From Lingula anatina (taxonomy: Eukaryota > Animalia > Brachiopoda), in the NCBI GenBank assembly GCA_051362555.1, contig CM120648.1, positions 15,000,587-15,064,586 on the forward strand: a stretch of 64,000 bases of DNA, given 5' to 3'. Positions 28,422-40,364 of this stretch are shown here, in pieces. The position numbers were made by a program, and so were the translations under genes. Position 1 is the first letter of the stretch. Each line of letters opens with the position of its first letter. Below the pieces are notes generated by a model. It was not told the origin of the DNA and ran no database searches. It saw nothing but the letters and a program-made list of their open reading frames with translations.

Positions 28422-29883
28422 GGTTACGTACCTATACTCCCCCGCACCGATACTCCCCCACATCTTTACATCCCCGCACCGATACTCCCCCGCACCGATA
28501 CTCCCCCGCTTCTTTACATCCCCGCACTAATACTCCCCTGCGCTGATACTCCCATGTACCGATACTCCACAAAAACACTACTCCCCCAAGGCATAGATTC
28601 CCTTGGCTTTGTAAACCGCATTCGTAATTTACAACACTTTCTATAATGCTTTTTTTTTTCAAGATGCACCACCCTCTTAGGACCCAGAATTGACTAATTT
28701 TATTCAAAATATATTGGGAAAAATAAAGAACGTTACACGAAGTCAATCTCAGACTTAGTGTGCAGCTTGACAGTACGTAGGTCTACAGCTCTTCCTTGTG
28801 ATTTTTGAGAAATGTTTTTGCAAAATTAATTTCATTCTCCTACTGTACTCAGTAGTTACTGTATATATATTGTACGGCCTTTTATTTATTTATATTTTTT
28901 TTAACTTAAGGCAAAGTTAGTTTTAATCAAAGATAACGCAGCTATGTCTTTTTTTTCAGGCAATGATGAATTCGTAAAATTATTAAGTAATAAAAAAGAA
29001 GTGCTAAAGCTCTTCGTTTTCTGTCTTTTTCCTCCAACCTTCTTTTCTGCTCTTTAAGCTTCTTTCCCTTGTCTTTTGAATCTGAATTAGATTAGAATCT
29101 GAACTGAGCAAAATTCAAAAATTTTGAAAATTGTTGCACAATGAAATTGTCGAGACACGAGCATGCGTCGTGAGCACGCCTTTTATACTCACAGTCCCGG
29201 CGTGTTTTCGATTTTGTTCGTTATAGATGTGAGGGCGTGCGCCGTACTCAACACGCAAAGGGCTCTTTCTCCTTCATTTCTTGCCGCGTGTATCTTGGAC
29301 CAGGCAAGTCTCACTTGCAAACCAATCGTAAACTCCTTAGAAAGGGAGCAAATTACGCTTGCGGCCTCGCTGTTCGCAGATTATTCGTAGAATCTATTGG
29401 AAATGTTCAATATCCTCCGTACGTGCTTACATATTTCACATAAAGGACTTGCGTGGTACATGAGATTCTCCGCAAAATTTGGACTTAAACGGGTCGTAGA
29501 TTTTGATCCACTTACCTAGACTGACCCTAACCTGTATAATTAATTGGAGGGTTGACTCTGTTACTCGATCCTCAGTTTCGTCAAAATTGCATAGGGGGAG
29601 TAATGATGCGGGGGGAGTATCGGTGCGGGGGAGTAACGGTGCGGGGAAACAACAACGCGGGGGAGTATCGGTGCGGGGGAGTAACGGTGCGCCTATAACG
29701 GCAATTATACAGGGGGTATATCGATGCGGGGATCTATCGGTGTGGGGTTGTATCGATGTGCATAATGCAAAAATTTACTAAGGGGGAGTATCGGTGCGGG
29801 GGAGTATCAGTGCGGGGGAGTATCGGTGCGGGGGAGTATCGGTGCGGGGGATTAACGATGCGGGGGAGTATCGGCATGACCCC
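28422..29883. mobile_element. Non-autonomous DNA transposon with GG..CC ends, inverted subterminal 16-bp tandem repeats and an 8-bp TSD (Mutator- or Merlin-like)
   Basis: The left end has (ccgatactcccccgca)n at 28431-28590. The right end has the reverse complement (gggggagtatcggtgc)n at 29594-29875. cttctttc flanks both ends (28414-28421 and 29884-29891). The superfamily is inferred from the termini and TSD length. Confidence 0.75.
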
Positions 29884-30127
29884 CTTCTTTCACACTCGTT
29901 TCCATTACCAGGTGGTGGCCCCTGTCAAGACGCATCTTATCGGCAGCCATGTTTTGGATATAATATTCCTCCCAACCTTAATTTTTTCAACAACATACAA
30001 ATTTCAAATAACAGTCTTTGTCAATCATTATCCTAGAATATCCTGAATCCTAATGAATTTTCAGTTTTCATAATGCACATCTTGAGTGCTATATGCTCTG
30101 GAATCTGTTCTGATTACAAAGAAATGC

Positions 30128-30405
30128 GATCCGCCTTCATCCTGATTACATAAAAATTATCTCAGATTACTTTTTTTCTCCTCAGGACAGTGATCCGTCT
30201 TCATCCTGATTACACAGAAATTATCTCAGATTACTTATTTTCTCCTCAGGACAGCAATCCGTCTTCATCCTGATTACATAGAAATTATCTCAGATTTTTT
30301 TTTTCCTCAGGATAGTGATCTGCCTTCATCCTGATTATATAGAAATTATCTCAGATTATTTTTTTTCTCATCAGAACAGCCATTCACCTTCATCCTGATT
30401 ACATA
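30128..30405. repeat. ~62-65-bp minisatellite, about 4.5 copies
   Basis: Repeating unit cttcatcctgattacatagaaattatctcagattacttttttctcctcaggacag. Confidence 0.9.
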
Positions 30406-30684
30406 TAACTGATTGAACTGTCTCTTTAATACAGTCTCTGCTGTATGGAGTCTGGAGCTGAAAAAAAAGATATTAGATTATATTAATTAAGAGACACCAA
30501 TTATCTTAATAAAAAGATAGAACCCTCACAGTCCACCAATGCCAGCAGAATATTAAAACTACAATATACTCCCAAACGCCATCCTAATATGGCAGACATC
30601 ATATTTACAGTGACTGAACTGAACTGAGACAAGTTTAAATAAATTTTGGAGTCTGCTGGAAACAATTGTGACTCGGGTCTTATA

Positions 30685-30942
30685 GGGACCATTCCCAGAC
30701 CCTATAGTACTAACTGAAGATCGATCTATCTCAGAGGGGTTTTCTCACTAAATTGCTATCAACTTAATCGGCTTAAATGTCTGTCACACCTACTGAAGCC
30801 GCTAGGGGGTAAATAACTATTGTTTAGCAGCTTCAGTAGGCATGCCAGACATCTAAGCCACTTAAGCTGAAAGTAATTTAACAAGAAACCCCCTGGAGAT
30901 GGATTGATCCTGTTAGATCGTTCTAGGCATAGGAACCCAGTC
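30685..30942. mobile_element. Diverged, more palindromic relative of the 230-bp MITE family
   Basis: Contains attcccaga, gatcgatctatc, ggcttaaatgtctgtc and ctactgaagc...gcttcagtag inverted motifs shared with the family. Confidence 0.55.
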
Positions 30943-31713
30943 TTAAAGGGATTAGGCATTAACTAACACTCCCTGCAGATCTTTGAGCACTAACACCCAT
31001 ATTTTAAAACCAAAAAATCTACATATAACGAAAAACAATATGGGTTCATTCAGGATTTATGCTGAGTAACTGATAAGTGAAAAACAGAAATGTTCATTCT
31101 TCTCATTTTAGATTGGCACTTTTAAGTTAAAACTCAATTTTGAAGGACATCTGCTGCAATGTTGCATCTTTAGTTGGCCCAGCATGCTTCAAAATGAGGC
31201 ACAACAGTATATCCAATGCAGGAATGGTGCAGTCCTGATGCAACATTGTAATGTGTTGTTATACTTGCAGGGCATGCACATATGAATGAATTCCTAACAT
31301 GCAACGCTATTACTACACTCCAGTTGGAGGTTAATAAAGAGAGATAAAGACACATTTGATGTTTTATCTCAGATTTTTCCAGGAATCCAGATCTATTGTA
31401 TGACACTTATAACCCTAGGATCACCAGATCCTTTTGTCTATCCTCTAGCTCTTGTCTCTGCAGCTTCATCCGTCTCTCTCTCTCTCTTTTTTTTTTATTC
31501 CCCTTGAAAACCCGCCCAACTCTGGCTTTCAATTCTCAAGACTTCAGGTACCAGATCACTACAACCAAAGAGTTCCAACAGTAGATATATATCAGAAAAA
31601 ATTAGAATGTGCCAGATATAAACACAAGTTTTATCTTCTGAAAGGTCGTTTTATCCAGAATGTTATGCTTTTGGAATTTTTATATTACCTCCATAATTAA
31701 AGGAAATATCACC

Positions 31714-31751
<38 letters not shown>

Positions 31752-32499
31752 GGATATTAGGGCATAAGTGTCCTCTCATTTTAGCCAGAAAGCTGTGATC
31801 ACTGAGCGCTTTTGTGGCAACTAAAAAACATACTTCGCCTTGATCAGTTTTCATGGGGTTTGCTGCATAAGATCACAAATGTTCTATACTTTCACAAAGT
31901 ATTAACATTTAGGCGTAGAATAATTTTGTATAGGTTATTAAACGAGGCGCCTCGGTGGTCGCTGGTCACAGGCGGGCCAGTGCTGCTGCAGGACATGATT
32001 GACTGTGGCACCTCTAGAGCATTCTGATATACCTACCAACAGAATTGCTACCACATTCACAAAGTACTCACCCTTCTGTCATCAAGAATGTCTTTGTATT
32101 CATTAAAAGGGAAGCAGATGTCCTACAGCTTCAGATCAAACTTTAATGGTTACTCGTAAATATATCTTGTCCTTGGTATAACGTTATTTCATTAAGTATC
32201 ACCGCTCCGCCGAAGTATGTAGACTAAGTAGGTCAAAGAAAACCCGCAGTGAATAATCGGTCACATCTCGGTACATCCGGTCACATTGAAGCGCGCTGCA
32301 GTTTCACTCTGCGTCCCAAGTTATTATATTTTTAGATTTTTCGTTTAGATATTGATTGATTATATAAGTGTCACATTAAAAGGTAATTATGAATTCTTTT
32401 TTTACTATTTTTGTTATTTATTTATTTTGTATATTTATTTGTTTATTTATTTGCTTAAACTTTTGCTGGATCTCAGCACTGCTAACACAACGTAAATGC

Positions 32500-34990
32500 T
32501 AATCAAAACCGTAAAATTTAATAGGAGTGTTTAAGTAAGAAATATCGCGTTAGAGAAAGCTAGAGAACGGATTCAAGGCATTCTTGTTAGCAGTATTGCC
32601 ACTAATTTAGAGAATCATAAACAAACTTATTTATAACAAAGCAGCTGTTACCTGAAAATCACAAATTTTACTTTTCAGTATTAAAATAAATAAATAAATA
32701 AAATAAAATAAAAAGAAAGAAGGAAGGATAATTTTTAATTAAAAATGAAGTCTGAACGACAAATACAGCTTCAAGCAAATGAAATTGAATATAAAACATA
32801 CAAAACCGTGATTCTGAAGCCAATATTGAAAAATAGGCCTACGTGAAAACGACACCCTCCCTACACATACACTAGACACACGCACGCACACACACACACA
32901 CACACACACGCACAGAGAGAGAGAGAGGGAGGGAGAGAGGGAAGGGGAAGGGGTGGCCAAATCCAATGCTTGAAGTTAATTGTACCTTCGGTTCACTGTT
33001 TGTCCTAGATAAATCATCATAAAAGAAAACAAATCAGATCAAAATTATAAGAAAGTAGGGAATGTGCAGACCAGCATAGGGCCTAATCAACAGCTGTGGG
33101 CTTGGATACAAAAACTTCTCTTCCCCTATGCCAACGCTCTCAATTCAGCTCTATCATTTAAAATAAAATGTTTTACTGTATAAAATATTGCATGAATAAA
33201 ACCATAAAATTCGGTCGAATAATCTAGCTGTGTCTGTGCATGAACCCAAAACTTATGTTCTAGTACGAATCCCCCCCCCCCTTTCTACCATACAAACTCA
33301 GCGTGTAGGAGTGCGAAAGCCATTTGAAAGTAGGTCAAAAGCTCGCAGATAGGATATGACATGGAAGGGTTCTGAGGGGAGATTATTTCAATTTGCATTT
33401 TTTTTATTCTGCCAATTGTGAGTAGAAATATCAGTATCTTTTATTGCAATTGGTCAATATAGATCCAAACAAGTCAATTTTCTTTCCTTTATCACGTTAT
33501 TCGCCAGATGTAATTAAATACAACATTTTCCTAGAAAACCTTTACCCCCTCTCGTGAATGCAATGTGTCGTCTGCAGAGCACCTGCGTCTGCCACCACGT
33601 TGGTTGCTCCGCTTCCCGGGGGCTGAACAGTTAACGCGGTCCGCAAAATTTTGGGGAGAGTCAGATGAAATAGAGAGGGACCGTGGCATCTACATTGTCC
33701 TACTTGGTGAAGCTCGAGATTGGGCTATTTTTACTCTTTTCTTTAAAACTTTGCAATATAATCTACCTTTCAGTAACCCCATGCAACCAAAACATTTTGC
33801 TAGCACCTTGATACATCTCCCACTATTGTCTCCCCAATAAAACGGTCCACACTAAAAAAATCAATAATCGTATGGCAATTTTATACAGGCAATTGACCTA
33901 CATTTATACCCATTCAGCTAATATCGAGTTTTATGGCTGTAGAGTGAAAACGTAATTAAAAGTCTGTGATATAAAAGTTATTTCTAATTACATAATTTAC
34001 AAACAGTGTGTGTGGATCAAAAGTGTTCCAATTTGTGAGCAAAAGAGGACTTTACTTTTTGAAAGTAACGAAAAACTTGGAGACGAGCCAAAATAAAAAA
34101 AATGCATTTTTTCTCTTATATGCAAATTAAGTCCCCTAAAGTAATATAAGTCTGGACCGGAAGTGATGCTCATATCAGAGACCTGTGTTGGTGATGATCT
34201 TGATGGCCTTGATGATCATAATGGTTATTAAAAAAATCTTATTAAAGTTTTTACTGAAAATTACAGTTGTCATCTGGTGAGAAAGAGATTTTCTGCACTA
34301 ACACAATCATTCCACGAGTGAAGAATAGATATAGTAAACGCACCTCACGCATGCGCTGCAGACGACACGGCTTTGGCTGTAACTCGCATGCCTAATAAAG
34401 ATATTAGGTTTTATAAGTACGATATATATACATGCAGTCAAAAAAGTGAAAATGGATAACTGCAAACCATTAAAATTTTTACAACATTTTATATTTATTT
34501 GTGTTCGACAAGAGTGAATTTTATTGGGATATTCTCTCTCTCCTTGGGCATAATAACGAATTATTATGTCCAAGCTCTCTCTTTTCTTTTTGTAAGCGAA
34601 TATTAAGCTAACAGTCAAAATATTCAGAAGTAAAAATATTTCAGAGTTCAAAATCTTGTGGGCCACTGCAGTTCCTCGTCGTGGTAAAAATTTTAAGACA
34701 ACTTGTAATTGTATAAAATTAACAGTCATCCGATTACTCGTCTCTTAATAATGACACACGAGTAAATTACGCTCAAACTTAATACCGCCTTGACTTCTAT
34801 AATACTTTTCATCCGATAATTAGATTTTTGGATTGTGTCAAAATGCGTTTCTAAGTCTTTTATAAATGTTTAAGTGCGGAAAATATACCTGTTTGTTGTA
34901 AATAAACTCAAGTTTGATCTAGCAACATGTCAAATTGGGAGCATTTGTTTCTTCTGCTTATTTTGAAATTCAGGGGAAAATCAACATCTT
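32500..34990 (+). repeat. ~2.5-kb diverged duplicated segment, copy A (probably a non-autonomous TE)
   Basis: Colinear with 37970-40364 plus 42686-42870. Both copies include a (CA)n tract and share identical blocks such as 33535-33591 = 39171-39227. Confidence 0.85.
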
Positions 34991-35480
34991 TGAACATTGA
35001 ACATTCTTTCTGTCACCGAAGCAATGCTTGTGCCTCCTTTCTACGACCACAGCGATTCCACTTTCATGGTCGCACAAAGGATCCAAAAGGACGCTGACCA
35101 GTGTAAAGGGGTTTAACAGACGCTCTCCTGACGCACTGCTTTCTGTGGTGGTTGCCTCCAGCTGCAGTGTGCCGTAGGAAATGATTATTCTTATGATTAT
35201 TCTTATGTTCCCCGGAAAACATTCTTCTCAGCCTACGGTCCTCATCACATACATGATATAGAAATTACTTTTCAGAAGCACGCTGGGCATAAAGAGACTT
35301 TTTATTCATGAAAAATGAGGCAACTTTGCCCGTCTAGATCATACATAAACATACAATCGTTTTTGTTAACTTGAAGTGACAACGCGAAAGATTTTTAACT
35401 GATGAAAATGGAGGAGAGCGGATACATGTGTATCCGAAATCATGCTACTTTAAAATGATGATGAAATGAAAGGAGCCGTA

Positions 35481-35511
<31 letters not shown>

Positions 35512-37351
35512 CTGTTTTGGGTATGTGTGATATAAGCAGGGCGCCTGAAATAAAATTTATTTATTTACTTACATTTTTGAAATTTTAAAGATCAGACTGA
35601 AAGATTGCTGTCTTCAAGAATGATAAGCCGTAAAGCACCCCTAAACCTTATAACACTGGATATATATATATAATATGCGCGTCTGCTTTCTCTAAATTTC
35701 GTTGTTTACATCACAGGCTGATGATTAAAAAAGGTAGACATGAAGACATTTAACATGAACATAGATTATGTGTTGTACTAATATGCGGATATAGAGTAGA
35801 AACTGAAGTTGTGTTATAACTGGAAGAAACTACACTGGGTTCTCCATTCAAATTTTCAGTTAATGCAGATAAGAAAATGACAGACAAAGTCAAAGCTGAA
35901 ATGACACACCAAACGAAACCATTGAAAATTGTCACAGATATGCCAATCAAACCAATACGTGTATAAAAACGGCTAATACATTATCTTTAACGTGGCTTTT
36001 AATAATTCTAAGTCATATTTATTCTCACCTAGGATACAACATAGTATGTTGAATCCTGGCTCTCGCCGTTTCGTCTTTTAAATATTAGATATATTACATG
36101 CTGCGGTATAACTGCGAACTTTTTTTAGTCCTAGGGCATACGTTACGTTCATTGCCCGTAGGACGAAGGCTCCCAAGTAATGCAAGTCTTACGTGTAGTA
36201 ATGCACGTCCTAATGGGATGTGCTTTCCTAACATTTTAGTAACGCATGTCGTATATAGTTTACACCGAGAAAATGACTTAAATAAATAGATATAGAGATG
36301 TAATAGTTTTAAAGATATAATTTAAGTTTGCTTTGTTTCATTAATATGGCTTTTTATTTTAATATTTCACGGTGTTTTTTTATTTTCAGATAGGCAGTTT
36401 ATATGCATATTAATAAAGCAACAAAAGCAATACGGCTTCCAATGTTTTTTATTTATTTTTCATTGTTGACAAGAACAACATCAAGAACCTCCTATATTAA
36501 TAATTTGGCATCTTAGTGATGATGTAGCCGAAGACTGCCAACATAAACGCCCATCTTATATCACTGCACTTTACAGCTCATGGTGATTGAGAGCCATGTA
36601 GACGCCTGTATTTTTCATGTCTGGCATTTACTTTATTATGTGCATTTTTCTTCTAGCAAGTTTTTACATGTGTTAAAACGCATCTTTTTGGGATACTCCT
36701 AGTACACAATATGTATGGCGTACTCCTAGTACACAATATGTATGAGTCTGTTTTGCCCAATATTTCTAACAATATAGGGTACCATTCAAGGCATCTTTTC
36801 TTCAAATGAGGGAAAAATCACTTCACACAAAACACAGGATCTCCGTTCTTAGATTAATTTTTCGGTGTACACTCGCAGAAATTTAAAAATAACCTCACAC
36901 TCAATGGAAATTTTCTCTTGGATAGTATGGACTGATAATTTAAGACAAATCAAGACAGTTTAGAATTTGAAAAATGCAATATATATAATGTTCTGTAATA
37001 TTCCTTTGCTATATTGGCTCTTTGACCCTTAAAAAACACACAAAAATGTTGTAAGTGTATTGATCAAGGAGTTCATAGACTTTTTAAACACCAGACATTA
37101 AAAAAACATGACACATTTTGCTACGACAAGCCTACTGAGAAGGGGGGGGGGGGGCGTAAGGTCTTGTCAAAGGTAGGGCTCGAATCCAAGGATGTAACAG
37201 TGTAACAGGAATAAAAATCCGCCAGTAATTCAAGTCCTATCTATAATAATTATAATATTCCTGGGGGACTTGGATTACTGTTACACCGGGTCGACACACC
37301 CCATGCCCCATTCAGAATAGATGATACGAGTATTAACTGATCTGCCGATTT

Positions 37352-37567
37352 AGGGCGTATTCCCAGACATTTAGATCGATCTATCCCTGTGGGGAGTCTC
37401 ACTAGATTACTGTCAGAAAATCCGGCTTAAATGTCCGTCCCGCCTACTACAAGCTGTAAGGGGGTAATTAACTTTCGTGCCCGCTCGGTTGACAGCTATT
37501 TAGCATGAACCCCCAGGGAGTTAGGTCGATCTAGTTTGGATCGATCAAATCTCTGGGAATGGGGTCT
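37352..37567 (+). mobile_element. ~215-bp Harbinger/Tourist-like MITE, intact copy
   Basis: Imperfect TIRs gggcgtattcccaga / tctgggaatggggtc with TTA/TAA flanks. Several homologous copies occur in the window. Confidence 0.75.
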
Positions 37568-38304
37568 AAATATGGCCGACCACACTTCAAAAGAGATGAT
37601 GATTCCTGATGGTCTCCTCGGCTCCACACGCGCCATTAAATCTCGGCTTCGAGGTTTTATTGCTAGGCCCCTGCAGCGACGGCGCATGGAGGCGGGGAGA
37701 CCATCGAGAGCCAGTGGCATCTTCAAGATACAAGCAAGACAAGCAAGAAGTCTCTGGCAGTGAACTTCTGCTGTTGCCACTCCGACATAAAATACGGATA
37801 TTGCAAAAAATATATCGACACATTAATCAGTCAGATATGTGAGACAAAAATCAAGGAAAAAACCATAAATTAAAACTGGGAATTCTTTTATTTATTATCG
37901 TTTCGAATTTAGTTTAGATACCGGCACGTTCGTGTTCGTCTCAATAAAGTACGACATTCAAGCTGTACATGTCAAAACCGTAAACATGAGTGCTACGCTC
38001 AACTTCGCGCCAGGGTGGGCGGGTCAAAAGGTATTCTTGGAAGCAGTATCGCCACTAATTTTAGAGAGTCATGAGCAAATCTGGATGACTCCATCTTTAA
38101 CAAAGCAATTGTGAACTGAAAACTACAATTTTATTGATTTTAGACTCAAATAAATAAATATATTATTATTATAATTATTACTTTTAAGAATAAAAAAACA
38201 ATGAAAAAGAACGAAGACAGAAAAATTCTATTTAATCAGAAATCACAAATATTACCTCAAGACAAGACAGGACAAAGTGAAAACGACATCCTCCCCCCCC
38301 CCCC

Positions 38305-38315
38305 CCACTCACTCA

Positions 38316-38359
<44 letters not shown>
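38305..38359. repeat. (CA)n microsatellite, with a counterpart at 32875-32930 in copy A
   Basis: Read directly from the sequence. Confidence 0.95.
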
Positions 38360-38361
<2 letters not shown>

Positions 38362-38680
38362 CCGAAAGAGCAAATTTTAGGGGGAGGGGGTCTCAGCCAA
38401 ATCATCATAAAAGAAACATACAGATTTAAATTATGATGAAGTAGGGAATGTGCAGGCCAGCCTCGTCAACAGCTGTGGGCTGGAGATATAGTGATCTACA
38501 CCGCCGTCAACTCTCTGATTGCAGGTTTATTATTTGAAATAAAATGTTTATTGTATAAAACTATACACTTCTGTCAAATGATCTGTGAGCAATAGGCCAA
38601 CTGTTCATGATTTCAAAAATGTGCATCAATATGAACGAAAATTGAAATATCAAGACCTGTTAAACAAGAACAGTTACATA

Positions 38681-38711
<31 letters not shown>

Positions 38712-40364
38712 ATACACACACGCAAGGTCCCTTTCTACTGATAACACTTTGCGGCATATTATTCGCCCATCATCTCCCATACGCCCCACCTTTTATAATT
38801 GTGTTACGGCTAAGTTTATTTATCGTCATCTATCAATTCCCAACCAACGTTCAGTTGGGCGACTCCCTTTACGCCAACATACTCACATAATTATAAAACC
38901 TAGCAAATTTATTCCAAAATTCTTGGTTATAAAACCGTCTACGCATTCCGCGTATATTTTGGAAATTAGGTCAGAAGTTCGAGAAATAGGATATGCCGTT
39001 CTTAGGGGAGAAAGGTTGGAGTATTTTGCATTTCCTCTTTCTGCAGATTCTGAGAAGGAATATTAGTATCTTTCATTGTGCTTAGTTATAATAAATTCGA
39101 AGAAGTTTATTCTCTTTCCTGTATCACGCGTTTCTTCAAATATAAGTAAATACAATTAACATATTACTAAAAAACCTTTACCCCCTCTCGTGAATGCAAT
39201 GTGTCGTCTGCAGAGCACCTGCGTCTGGATGCTCCGCGCTTCCCGGGAGCTGAACAGTTAACACGGTCTGAAAATTTTTAGGGAGAGTCAGATGAAATAG
39301 AGAGAGGCCATGACGTATATATAAATTCTAAACGGTGAAACTGGAAAAGTGGGCTAGTTTTACTCCCCTCTTTAAGTGTTTTCAATATCCAATGCCTTTT
39401 AGTGACATCATGCAACCAAATATTTTTTTGGTATTTTTAACCCCTTCCTCTTCTGTCTCCCCCTAAAACGGTCCACACTAAAAACTCAATAATCGTACGG
39501 CAATAGCCTACAGTCAATTGACCTTCTTTTATACCCATGCCGTCGAGTTTTATGGCTGTGAAGTGAAGGCGTGATACACGTCTGTGATATAAAAAATATT
39601 TTTAATTACATAATTAATAAACAGTGCATGTGGATCAAAGGTCTCCCATTTTGTGAGCAAAAAGGGAAATTACTTTTTGAAAAAAAAATGAACAAATTGG
39701 AGACGAGCCAAAATCAGAAAAAATGCATTTTTTCTCTTATATGCAAATTAAGTCCCCTAAAGTAATATAAGACTGGGCCGGAAGTGATGTTCATATCAGA
39801 GATTTGTAATGGTGATGATCTTGATGGCCTTGATGATTTTAATAGTGATTCAAAAAATATCATCAAAGTTTTCAGTTGTCATCTGGTGAGAAAGAAATTT
39901 TCTGCACTAACACAATCATACCACAAGTAAAGAATAGAGAGTAAACGCGTTGCAGAGACGCACTGCAGACGTCACGGCTTTTGGGTGAAAATCACGCGTG
40001 TCTAATGTTTCCAAGTGAGTGAAAATGGATATCGGCGAACCATTAAAACTTTGACTGCATTTCTTTTTATTTGTGTTCTAAAAGGGTGAATTTAATTAAG
40101 ATATATTTTCTCTCTATCTCTTTCTTTTTTTAAGCGAATATTAAGGACAAAGGCAAGAGAAAAATTAATAACCATAACAGTCAAAATATTCAGATGTCAA
40201 AAGATTTCATAGTTAAAAATCTTGTTAGCCACTACAGTCCCTCCTCGTAGAGGTTCATAGGGGAATTTTAAGATAACTCGTGATTGTAAAATTAATGACC
40301 AGCAGATTATGCGCCACTTATACTAATTATGTTTGTGACCCACAAATAAACTTCACTACAACTT

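Larger units (their letters stand above)
27440..30680 (+). repeat. Diverged relic monomers related to the satellite, interrupted by TE insertions
   Basis: 28165-28256 (aaaatatgatgactggtttgttg...taggaagaatagattatctatt) aligns with the satellite core (aaatgtgatgacttgtgtttgtttgtgtagaaagtggcaaattacctatt). 28010-28122 aligns with the 191-bp subrepeat. 27775-27980 and 30442-30675 are diverged direct repeats of each other. Confidence 0.65.

Noticed and set aside
28338-30046. ORFs with GEYRCGG or PILPRTD repeats
   Set aside because: They are translations of the 16-bp subterminal transposon repeats.
31140-32125. Exon-like, moderately GC-rich patches on the minus strand (for example DICFPFNEYKDILDDRR bounded by AG/GT)
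   Set aside because: No coherent gene model, an implausibly short implied intron and no recognisable homology.
34307-34729. 140-aa minus-strand ORF
   Set aside because: It lies in the duplicated segment, and the frame is not preserved in copy B.
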